The notes under the pieces are model-generated. The model made no database searches. It worked only from the letters and a program-made list of their open reading frames with translations, and was not told where the DNA came from. Shown piece by piece: positions 15,597-23,939 of a stretch of DNA of 27,610 nt. The first letter of the stretch is position 1, and each line of letters opens with the position of its first letter. This stretch comes from a virus. Taxonomy: Duplodnaviria; Heunggongvirae; Uroviricota; Caudoviricetes. A program made the position numbers and the translations under genes. The stretch spans positions 64,001-91,610 of the IMG/VR virus record IMGVR_UViG_3300015360_000028; one strand, given 5' to 3'.

Positions 15597-18500
15597 ATGG
15601 CCAATAACACCATCGATGCCAATAACTTCACGTTATCGACAGACTTAAACGTCGGTCCTTATTATGATGATTTCAATGCCTACAAAGATTTCTACAGAAT
15701 TCTTTATAAACCAGGTATGGCCGTTCAAGCACGTGAACTTACACAGATGCAAACGATGTTCCAGAAACAGATTGATCGTTTCGGTGAACACATTTTTAAA
15801 GAAGGCTCCATCGTAACTGGCTGCGCCTTCAACATCGATCTTAAAAGACCATTCGTTAAACTAAGAGATGCAAACTACGCGGCAGCAGCGGTGACAGTTG
15901 GCAACTTCGATGGCACTCTTGTTACAGGCGCGACGTCAGGTGTAAAGGCATATGTCTTAACCTCAAACACAGGTTCAGAAGCCGGGGCACCTGATTACAA
16001 AACTATTCATGTCAATTATACCGCATCAGGAACTAACACTCTAGCCTCTACCTTCATTGTAGGCGAAAGACTAAACGCTAACACAGGCTTCTCAGCTAAC
16101 GTTATTTCGTCAAACACAGGATTGGGGTATGGTTCATCCTTCACAGTTGGCGACGGCGTTATTTTCGCAAAAGAACATTTTATTAGAATTGCCGAGCAGA
16201 CAATTGTCCTCGAAAAATATTCAGTGACACCTTCATATAGAGTCGGTTTCAATGTTGTTGAAAGCATCGTAACCTATAACGAAGACACCTCATTAAACGA
16301 CCCTGCTCAAGGTTCTTATAACTACGCAGCACCAGGCGCCGATCGTTTGAAATTAAATGCAGTTCTTGAAAAAAGAGCTCTAACAGCGAACACAGCAAAC
16401 TTCGCTGAATTGTTCTTAATCGAAAACGGCGTTATCAAATCAAAAGCCCAAACGCCACAATACTCAGTTATTCGTGATGAACTCGCCAGAAGAACAGAAG
16501 ATGAATCAGGAAATTACACTGTTCGTGGCCTCGACGTTATCGTTCGTGAACACTTAAATTCTAACACAAACAACGGCGTCTACTATTCAGACGCTGGTGG
16601 TAATCCTTTGAAACTTGCTGCAGGTGTTGAACCCGGTAAGGCTTATGTCAAAGGTTATGATTACGAAAACCTCTACACAAGATATCTTGATATTGATAAG
16701 GGTATCGATTTCATTGATATCGAGCAGCAGACCATTTCAGCAAATTATGGCTCTTATGTATATGTCAACGACGTTTGTGGTTTCTGGGATGTGAACACCC
16801 AACCACTCGTTAAACTCTACAGCACAGCACAAAACAAAGTTTCAGGCAGCTCATATTCAACAGGTTCTGCCTCAGGAGCGATGATCGGTACTGCCAGAGC
16901 TAGAGCAATCGTTTATAATTCTGGAACTGTAAATAATCCAAACGCTGTCTACAAACTATATCTTCATGATATTAAAATGTCTAACGGCGCCTTCTCAGCG
17001 ACCCGCGCAGTCCTCCTAGATGGTGTGACAACAAAGGGCTTTGCTGACACAGTGTTGGTTTCAAACAACACAGTTCTTCAGGAAACTTCTTTTGACACCT
17101 CTGTGTTTATACTTCCTGCAAAAGCAGTGAAGAGAATTAGAGACTCCGCCGGCAACATTGACAACTCATTTCAGTTCTACAAATATTTCGACGTTACAAT
17201 CGCTTCGGGCGGAACATTCTCGATCGCTACCGGTGCAGTTGATGAAACGTTCCCGTATTCAGCAGGTTTATTGAACAACACTCAGATGCTAGCAGACATG
17301 TATGTAGTGACCAATGCTACTCAGCATACGGCTTCTTTGACAGGCACGATCAGCGTAAATTCTGGCTCCAATACATTCAACGGATTGGGCACAGCGTTCA
17401 CAACTCAGCTCGCAGTCGACGATCATATTAGAATCGGTGGCGGCACTATCTACAGAATTCATTCAATTACAAGCGCAAACACCTTAATCGTTACAACTCA
17501 GCCAGGCGGTAACCTGGCATCACAGGTTTATGTAAGAACTTATTATCAGGGCAAGATTATTGACTTCACAAGAACAGGAGCAACCGGTACATCTAGATCG
17601 GTAAACATCACCTCTGCAACCGGTGCAACATTCGACATGAAAGAAACCTTAGCAAGTACAGTATCTGCTACAGCAATCGTGAAGCTAAACAAAGTCGATG
17701 GCCAAGAAAAGAGAAAGGTTCTAAACGCTGACAAATATGTGAAGATCAGAATTTCAACACATCCTTTGACAACCACAGGACCTTGGACACTAGGTATTCC
17801 AGACGTATTCAATATCGTTTCAGTAAGAAGACATACAGCCAACTTCACAACCGTGAGTGATGGTACAGATGTGACTTCATATTTCACCTTGAACACAGGG
17901 CAAACAGATACTCTCTACAACCACTCATCTATTGTAAACTCAGGTGGATTGACTATTGCTTCCGGCGATTACTTACTGGTGAAACTTGATTACTTTGCAC
18001 ATGATACCTCTCAGGGGGTGGGTTACTTCTCAGTTGATTCTTATCCAGTTGATGATATCTCAGTAGCAAATACATCAGCAATAACCACCAAGGAAATTCC
18101 GAGATATACTTCGCCGACATCAGGCATTCTTTATGATCTAAGAGATTCAATTGATATTCGTCCGTCTGTTACGCTCACAGCAAACAGCGTTTCAACATTG
18201 ACCAACATCTCGCAGAATCCAGCAGAATCTACAACACTCGCAACGGTTACTGGTGGCCTCCACTATATGCCACCGAATTCGTATATGCTAGCTGATTTGT
18301 CTTATTATCTTTCGAGAAAAGATTTGGTTACTCTAAACAGCCGTGGTGATTATAAGGTAATTCGTGGCGTTCCTTCGAAATTCCCAATCACACCGACCGC
18401 GCCAGACGACTCGATGACTCTTTCAAAAATTGAAGTAAGTCCATTCCCATCCTTAACAACTTCCATTGCACAGGCATATGGTCGTCAGGACTTGTCAATT

Positions 18501-19346
18501 ACTTTGAAAAAGATTGAGAACAAGCGTTACACAATGAGAGATATCGGCGTCCTAGAAAATCGTATAAATAACTTAGAATATTATGTGACATTGTCATTGC
18601 TAGAAAAAGATACCAAAGATCTAGTTGTTCTAGATGGTAACGGTTTAGATAGATTTAAGAATGGTATCTTAGTTGATTCGTTCACTGGCCACAATATCGG
18701 CAACGTTTATGATGTGGATTACAAGATTGCAATTGACCCATCGTTAGGTGAAGCAAGACCTCAGTTCTTCTTGAACAACGTGGAATTGTTCTTCAATGCC
18801 GCCGTCTCGTCAAATTACGCACGTAGCGCGGCAGACGCAACAATAACAGTGGCCAGTACGACAGCATTCGTAATTGGTGAATCAATTTATCAAGGTGCTA
18901 ACTTCGGTGCAGCTACAGCAGTTGGCGTATTGAGAAGAAAGTCTTCGACAAATCTATATCTTGAACAGGTAACAGGAACATTCGCTGGTGCCACTGCTAC
19001 AAAAGGAAACACTTCTGGTGGATCATCAGTATCCTCAGCAGTAGCACTTCCAACACTTAGTAAGCTGGTGACGCTTCCATATACTCATGAAACACTAATT
19101 GATCAGCCATATTCTACAACCGCAAGAAATCCAGCGGGACTTTTTTACAGATGGAAAGGCGTATTGACGCTGAACCCAGATGCAGATTATTGGGTAGACA
19201 CGACACAGGTTCCAGACGTCCAGGTGAACTTCGACAATAACAAAGATAACTGGGTGCAGAATGTCGGCGTTTGGAGAACTGAATGGAACAACTGGCAGAC
19301 AAACGTTACAGGAACGGCGGGAGACAGAATAAATGAAAAGAGATAG
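15597..19346 (+). CDS. DUF4815/VrlC-like virion structural protein, N-terminal part
   Basis: LNV.PYYDDF....FYRIL.KPG.AVQARELTQ.Q, RT..ESG.Y.V, GKAYV.GY, NKRYTMRDIG.LE.RI.NLEYY..LSLLE, RFKNG..VD.F motifs. Ends at W..WQT, where homologues normally continue. Confidence 0.85.
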   Translation: MANNTIDANNFTLSTDLNVGPYYDDFNAYKDFYRILYKPGMAVQARELTQMQTMFQKQIDRFGEHIFKEGSIVTGCAFNIDLKRPFVKLRDANYAAAAVTVGNFDGTLVTGATSGVKAYVLTSNTGSEAGAPDYKTIHVNYTASGTNTLASTFIVGERLNANTGFSANVISSNTGLGYGSSFTVGDGVIFAKEHFIRIAEQTIVLEKYSVTPSYRVGFNVVESIVTYNEDTSLNDPAQGSYNYAAPGADRLKLNAVLEKRALTANTANFAELFLIENGVIKSKAQTPQYSVIRDELARRTEDESGNYTVRGLDVIVREHLNSNTNNGVYYSDAGGNPLKLAAGVEPGKAYVKGYDYENLYTRYLDIDKGIDFIDIEQQTISANYGSYVYVNDVCGFWDVNTQPLVKLYSTAQNKVSGSSYSTGSASGAMIGTARARAIVYNSGTVNNPNAVYKLYLHDIKMSNGAFSATRAVLLDGVTTKGFADTVLVSNNTVLQETSFDTSVFILPAKAVKRIRDSAGNIDNSFQFYKYFDVTIASGGTFSIATGAVDETFPYSAGLLNNTQMLADMYVVTNATQHTASLTGTISVNSGSNTFNGLGTAFTTQLAVDDHIRIGGGTIYRIHSITSANTLIVTTQPGGNLASQVYVRTYYQGKIIDFTRTGATGTSRSVNITSATGATFDMKETLASTVSATAIVKLNKVDGQEKRKVLNADKYVKIRISTHPLTTTGPWTLGIPDVFNIVSVRRHTANFTTVSDGTDVTSYFTLNTGQTDTLYNHSSIVNSGGLTIASGDYLLVKLDYFAHDTSQGVGYFSVDSYPVDDISVANTSAITTKEIPRYTSPTSGILYDLRDSIDIRPSVTLTANSVSTLTNISQNPAESTTLATVTGGLHYMPPNSYMLADLSYYLSRKDLVTLNSRGDYKVIRGVPSKFPITPTAPDDSMTLSKIEVSPFPSLTTSIAQAYGRQDLSITLKKIENKRYTMRDIGVLENRINNLEYYVTLSLLEKDTKDLVVLDGNGLDRFKNGILVDSFTGHNIGNVYDVDYKIAIDPSLGEARPQFFLNNVELFFNAAVSSNYARSAADATITVASTTAFVIGESIYQGANFGAATAVGVLRRKSSTNLYLEQVTGTFAGATATKGNTSGGSSVSSAVALPTLSKLVTLPYTHETLIDQPYSTTARNPAGLFYRWKGVLTLNPDADYWVDTTQVPDVQVNFDNNKDNWVQNVGVWRTEWNNWQTNVTGTAGDRINEKR

Positions 19347-19395
19347 AAACGGCAATCAAGTTGATTCTAACAGACCGTCTTCGTAAGGGCAAATA

Positions 19396-22191
19396 ATGGC
19401 AACGACACCTAAACAATTTAGAAGTTCAACAACGGCTGCGGCGGCGGCGGCGCCGGCGGCGGCAGACACAACGTCTAGAAGAATTACTGATATTAGAACT
19501 GGAACAAGAACTACCGTTGTTCCTGAAACTGTAAATCAGAGTCTTGGGGCAAAGGTAATAGACGTTTCAATTAGACCGTGGATTAGACCTAGAGAAGTTC
19601 AGTTCACCGCACATGGCATGAAACCCTCAACAAGATTGTGGGCATTTTTTGATGGCGAACCAGTAAAAGATTATATCATTCCAACGAACTCATCTTTCGC
19701 TAACACAGGAAGCCAAGGCTCGTTTCTAACCTCAAACTCTTTAGGAAGTGTCTATGGCATTTTCAAGATCCCAAACTCAGAAGCACTTCGTTTCAGAACA
19801 GGGCAGAGAATCTTTAGAATTTGTGATAGCATTGACAACTCACAAGAGTTGGGGCTTGTAAATACCTCAGCAGAATCAGAATACAACGCAGATGGTCTTC
19901 ATCAAACCGTACAAGACACAGTCATATCGACTAAAGTGCCAAGAATCGTAACAGAAACAGTTACTGAAACAAGAACAAGAGAGCCCCCCTCTGTAAATCG
20001 GCCGGGGCTCAATGATCGGGGGGGGTGTTGCTTCGATCCAAAATCATTGGTTACGATGGCAGATGGTTCCACAAAGCAAATTAAAGATGTAGTCATTGGT
20101 GATAGAGTGCAAGGTTCTACAATGATCAACACAGTTCTTGGAATTGATATTCCAAAACTCTTTTCTAGATATATGTGTTCTTTCAATAACAATTGGGAAT
20201 TCATTTCTGAAGAACACCCTATTATGACAGACAAAGGATGGTCGGCATTTGAACCAGAAAGTCCATATGTAGATTACATGTTCATCGGCAAACTAGCAAA
20301 ACTAGACATCGGTTCTAAAGTTCTAAAGTTAGATGGATCTTGGGAAGAGGTCGTGACGATAAATTACATCGAACAGCCAGAAGATATGGATATTTATAAT
20401 CTTCTATTAGACGGTGATCACACCTATTATGTCGAAGGGTATTCAGTTCACAACAAAGGCTCTGATCCTATAGCACAATCATTCACAATACCGGATGAAA
20501 TTGACAATAACCCAGTTCAGATTGGTGTGTTCGTTACGAAGATCGATTTGTTCTTCCAACAGAAAGACGCAACTCTTCCGGTCATTGTTGAACTCCGTGA
20601 AATGTCTGGTGGTATTATTCTTTCGTCTAGAATGTTGCCTTACTCGCAAGTCATATTATTCCCAGCAGACGTGAACGTTAGTGAAGATGGTTCTGTGGCT
20701 ACACAGTTCGTATTTACAGCACCAGTGTTTCTATACTCGAGGACTGAATACGCATTCGTCGTAAAGCCAGGTGGAACAAATCCGAACTATAAAGTTTGGA
20801 CCTCTAAATTAGGAGAAGAAGATCTTCTAACTGGTTTCAGAATTAATCAGCAGCCAGCAACAGGTGTTCTACTTGCTTCTTCTAACGATTCGACTTGGTC
20901 GGCCGTACAAGATGAAGATATCAAGTTCACACTTTATAGAGCTGAATTCAACAACACTGTGACAGGAAATATTTATCTTGTTAATGAGGGCAAAGACTTC
21001 CTTACTGCCAACAACTCAACTGGATTGTTTGATCTAGAAGCAGTAAGAGGCGAAACAAGATTGACAGTAGGTGCATTAGCAAATGGTACACCAATAGTCG
21101 GGCAAAAGATTTATGGTCTAACTTCTACAACATATGGAACAATCACTAATATTGCCGGCGGTGTTTATAGATTAAAGGACGTCTCGTTTGGAAAAAACTT
21201 CACAGCAGCTGAAGTCCTTCGTTTCAGATACTCAAACAATTTCAACACAGGTGCAACTGGTACTGCAACATCTTATACCCAGCCAACTGGCAAGATCAAT
21301 TTTTATGATATCTATTCCTCAGCAAACACTCTGATTCATATCGCCAACACAGCAGGTGGTTACATTGCAGGCGAATGGATTCAAGGGATGAGCTCAAATA
21401 CTCAGGCCCTAATCCACTCTATCGATGATCTCCAGGTAAACGTATTCCAACCAGATGTGAACTACATCGAGTTTGCTAACACAAACGTTGATTGGTATGC
21501 GAAGACAACTTCAACTGGTCATGCACTTGGATCGACATTCGATCTAATCAATATGGCCGATAACAATGAAACAGCCACAGAAAAAAGAGTTGTTTCTAAA
21601 TCTAAAGAAATCTCAGATATGACCTCGAACAAATCTTTCCAAATCAAGGGAATGATGACGTCAGAATCAAGCCTCTTGTCTCCAGCAATTGATTTGTCGC
21701 TTGCAGGTGTAACCTTAGTCGGTAATATCATAAACAATGTTTCAACAAACGAAACAGGTAAGACAGGTGGAGATGCTAAGGCCAGATATATCACAAGAAT
21801 CGTGACACTCGATGAAGGTCAAGATGCAGAAGATTTGAAGGTCTATGCAACTGTTTACAAACCAGCCGGAACTGATATAAAAGTCTACTATAAGATTCTA
21901 CATGCTGAAGACTCAGATGATTTCTCAGACTTCTCATGGGTCGAAATGGGACAAGACAACACTTCAACATTGGTTTCAGATAATGTCGATAAGTTCGACT
22001 ATAAAGAATTCTCATGGTCGGTTCCAACAGCTAAATTGACAGGGCCGCTTGGTCAGGTTCGTTACACAAACTCAGCCTCGGTTGTCTTTACTGGGTTCAA
22101 AAGATTTATGATTAAAGCAATTCTTCTGGGTTCTGATACATCAGTCATTCCTAGAATGGCCGATATTCGTGTCCTAGCAATGCAGAAATAA
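19396..22191 (+). CDS. DUF4815/VrlC-like virion structural protein, C-terminal part, containing a Hint domain
   Basis: P.IRPR.V.F.A.G.KP.TR...FFDG, DP.AQSF, K.DLFF..KD, W...Q.EDIKF.LYRA.F, F..F.IK..L...D....PR..D.R..A. AAGGG RBS and ATG. Confidence 0.85.
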   Translation: MATTPKQFRSSTTAAAAAAPAAADTTSRRITDIRTGTRTTVVPETVNQSLGAKVIDVSIRPWIRPREVQFTAHGMKPSTRLWAFFDGEPVKDYIIPTNSSFANTGSQGSFLTSNSLGSVYGIFKIPNSEALRFRTGQRIFRICDSIDNSQELGLVNTSAESEYNADGLHQTVQDTVISTKVPRIVTETVTETRTREPPSVNRPGLNDRGGCCFDPKSLVTMADGSTKQIKDVVIGDRVQGSTMINTVLGIDIPKLFSRYMCSFNNNWEFISEEHPIMTDKGWSAFEPESPYVDYMFIGKLAKLDIGSKVLKLDGSWEEVVTINYIEQPEDMDIYNLLLDGDHTYYVEGYSVHNKGSDPIAQSFTIPDEIDNNPVQIGVFVTKIDLFFQQKDATLPVIVELREMSGGIILSSRMLPYSQVILFPADVNVSEDGSVATQFVFTAPVFLYSRTEYAFVVKPGGTNPNYKVWTSKLGEEDLLTGFRINQQPATGVLLASSNDSTWSAVQDEDIKFTLYRAEFNNTVTGNIYLVNEGKDFLTANNSTGLFDLEAVRGETRLTVGALANGTPIVGQKIYGLTSTTYGTITNIAGGVYRLKDVSFGKNFTAAEVLRFRYSNNFNTGATGTATSYTQPTGKINFYDIYSSANTLIHIANTAGGYIAGEWIQGMSSNTQALIHSIDDLQVNVFQPDVNYIEFANTNVDWYAKTTSTGHALGSTFDLINMADNNETATEKRVVSKSKEISDMTSNKSFQIKGMMTSESSLLSPAIDLSLAGVTLVGNIINNVSTNETGKTGGDAKARYITRIVTLDEGQDAEDLKVYATVYKPAGTDIKVYYKILHAEDSDDFSDFSWVEMGQDNTSTLVSDNVDKFDYKEFSWSVPTAKLTGPLGQVRYTNSASVVFTGFKRFMIKAILLGSDTSVIPRMADIRVLAMQK
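19435..19464 (+). repeat. (GCG)n-rich microsatellite encoding AAAAAAPAAA
   Basis: GCT GCG GCG GCG GCG GCG CCG GCG GCG GCA in an otherwise A/T-ending codon context. Confidence 0.85.
20029..20454 (+). other. Hint (intein-like, BIL-A/pretoxin-HINT type) domain, 142 aa, no homing endonuclease
   Basis: CFDPKSLVTMADG...IKDV.IGD.V (block A), SEEHP (block B), IYNLLLDGDHTYYVEG (block F), terminal VHN. The +1 residue is Lys. Confidence 0.9.
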
Positions 22192-22193
22192 TA

Positions 22194-22421
22194 ATGCGAG
22201 CAAAAATAGAAGGTGAGACGGGATATGTAAAGGATTTCGGTTCTAGAGCAATCCTAGCAGAATCGGGAAATAAGAATCTCGAAGCATATAAGAAAAGAAA
22301 AGCAGAAATGAGGAAGAGAGAAGACCTCGAAGAAAAGGTCGCCTCTCTTACAGAAGACGTATCTGATATGAAGAAACTGCTTCTAGAGATCAAAGAATCG
22401 CTTATAAATAAGAACAGTTAA
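22194..22421 (+). CDS. Small conserved virion-associated coiled-coil protein
   Basis: K.EG....V.D..S.AI....Y..RK...L..DV..MK.LL pattern, of the kind that follows DUF4815 genes in T4-like phages. Confidence 0.65.
   Translation: MRAKIEGETGYVKDFGSRAILAESGNKNLEAYKKRKAEMRKREDLEEKVASLTEDVSDMKKLLLEIKESLINKNS
22403..22410 (+). promoter_or_regulatory. T4-type late promoter upstream of the fibre gene
   Basis: Exact TATAAATA, 32 nt before ATG 22443. Confidence 0.7.
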
Positions 22422-22442
22422 TCTAGAGAGAAGAACACCCGA

Positions 22443-23939
22443 ATGACTATCACCTTAATGGATGTTTCCAATACCAGCCCTGTCACAGTTCTACAGCAGG
22501 CGGTAAAGATTAATGAAATTGCTAACACCGTCAACATTATGGGTGCTGGTGGTAATCTAGTTTCTAACACTTACGCACAGGTAACATTCGCGAAATATGG
22601 CGCCACGCAGACCATTTCTGGTGCGTGGACATTTACAGCAATACCAACGATGAACAACGTCGTTCTTCGTTTAGCGAATGGTACGGCATCTCTTCCTTCT
22701 CTATCAAGAGCATCTGATACAAACAACGGTATCTATTTTCCAGGAACTGACGCAATAGGCTTTGCCCACAATGGCGTGCAGTATATGGTTTCCAATACTT
22801 CAGGTGTCTTCAACAAAGGCATCAATTTCTACGTGGGCCATGGTTTAACCACAGCAAACGCTACACTTGAAGTTGGTACTGGTAGATCAGGATCTGGTTT
22901 CTCAAGAATTGATCTCGTCAGCGATACAACTTACACAGACGCCGGTCTTAGAATTCAAAGAGGCAACACAGGTGCCAATTCAAATACGGCCTTCGTCCAC
23001 AGAGGAACTGGTGAATTCCAGATTAATGCCTTTGATGCAGCCGGTTCAATTGGATTCTATGGAGCTAGCACTAGAAGATTGCAGATGGACACAGGTGGTC
23101 ATTTCGCCATTGGTTCAGGCAATCCAGAAGCCGGCACAGCCCTTTATATCACAAAGACAATGTCGGCTAACGCAACGAGCTATGGTTTCAGAGCAACCCC
23201 GACACTAAGTTCAACGATTACTGAATGGAATGGTTTTTATTCAGGATTCGCAACGCAAGCAACCCCATATGTTATTCAGAACATTTACAACTTCAGAGCA
23301 CGTGGTGCCGAACTTGTAGGTGGTGGTTCTTCCATGGTAAACCAATATGGCTTCTATGTTGGAACAAATCTTACCAATGCTTCAAACAACTTCGCATATT
23401 ATGGCGGTCTTACACACGCTAATAAGCGTTGGAATATTTATATGGCCGGCACCGCCAGAAACTATCTTGAAGGTAACACCGGCATTGGCACGATAACTGG
23501 CCTAGGCACTTACAAGCTAGCAGTTGGCGGTGACATCAACTTCACAGGAAATCTTTATAAAAACGGTTCCTTGTTCCAATCAGGCGTCCTTCTAAACGCC
23601 AACAATCAATTCACAAAAGCGCAAAGAGTAACAGTTGCTACATTAGCTGATGCTCCAACAATCACCCCAGATTTTACTGCGTCTAACTATTTTTACTTGA
23701 ACTTAAAGGGAAACAGAACGATTGATAATCCTTCAAGTATGGCTGCTGGCCAAACTGGAGTTATTGAAATCAAGCAAGCGAACACAGGAAGCAAAACACT
23801 TTCTTGGGGTTCACAATGGAAGTTCCCATCTAACACAGCACCTATCTTAACCGCAACCGTTGGAAGAAGTGATCTTGTATCATACTTCGTATCGAACGGC
23901 ACATTCATCTTCGCACAATTAAAGAACGATTTTTACTAA
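22443..23939 (+). CDS. Tail fibre protein
   Basis: N-terminal anchor-like segment; G.A..PS....D...G.YFPG.D.IG fibre motif; C-terminal NNQFTKAQR...GNRTI.NP....GQ.G.I...Q...GS.TL.WG..WKFP...AP.LT domain, often found before Gly-rich adhesin genes. Confidence 0.72.
   Translation: MTITLMDVSNTSPVTVLQQAVKINEIANTVNIMGAGGNLVSNTYAQVTFAKYGATQTISGAWTFTAIPTMNNVVLRLANGTASLPSLSRASDTNNGIYFPGTDAIGFAHNGVQYMVSNTSGVFNKGINFYVGHGLTTANATLEVGTGRSGSGFSRIDLVSDTTYTDAGLRIQRGNTGANSNTAFVHRGTGEFQINAFDAAGSIGFYGASTRRLQMDTGGHFAIGSGNPEAGTALYITKTMSANATSYGFRATPTLSSTITEWNGFYSGFATQATPYVIQNIYNFRARGAELVGGGSSMVNQYGFYVGTNLTNASNNFAYYGGLTHANKRWNIYMAGTARNYLEGNTGIGTITGLGTYKLAVGGDINFTGNLYKNGSLFQSGVLLNANNQFTKAQRVTVATLADAPTITPDFTASNYFYLNLKGNRTIDNPSSMAAGQTGVIEIKQANTGSKTLSWGSQWKFPSNTAPILTATVGRSDLVSYFVSNGTFIFAQLKNDFY

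Noticed and set aside
15588-15599. TATAAATG before the DUF4815 gene as a late promoter
   Set aside because: It has a mismatch and overlaps the start codon itself; the region is better read as an AAGGA RBS plus ATG.
19344-19346. TAG recoding or read-through joining the DUF4815 halves
   Set aside because: Read-through hits TGA at 19362 in the same frame, and part 2 is in another frame; TAG also works as a normal stop at 5562-5564.
19341-19422. T4 gene 60-like translational bypass across the ~50-nt gap
   Set aside because: The nearest matching AGA landing codon beyond the in-frame TAA is 79 nt away, no take-off hairpin is evident, and part 2 has its own RBS and ATG.
20391-20398. Antisense TATAAATA inside the Hint domain (another at 23435-23442)
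   Set aside because: Both are explained by ATT TAT A codons (I-Y), have no downstream minus-strand gene, and fall within chance expectation.
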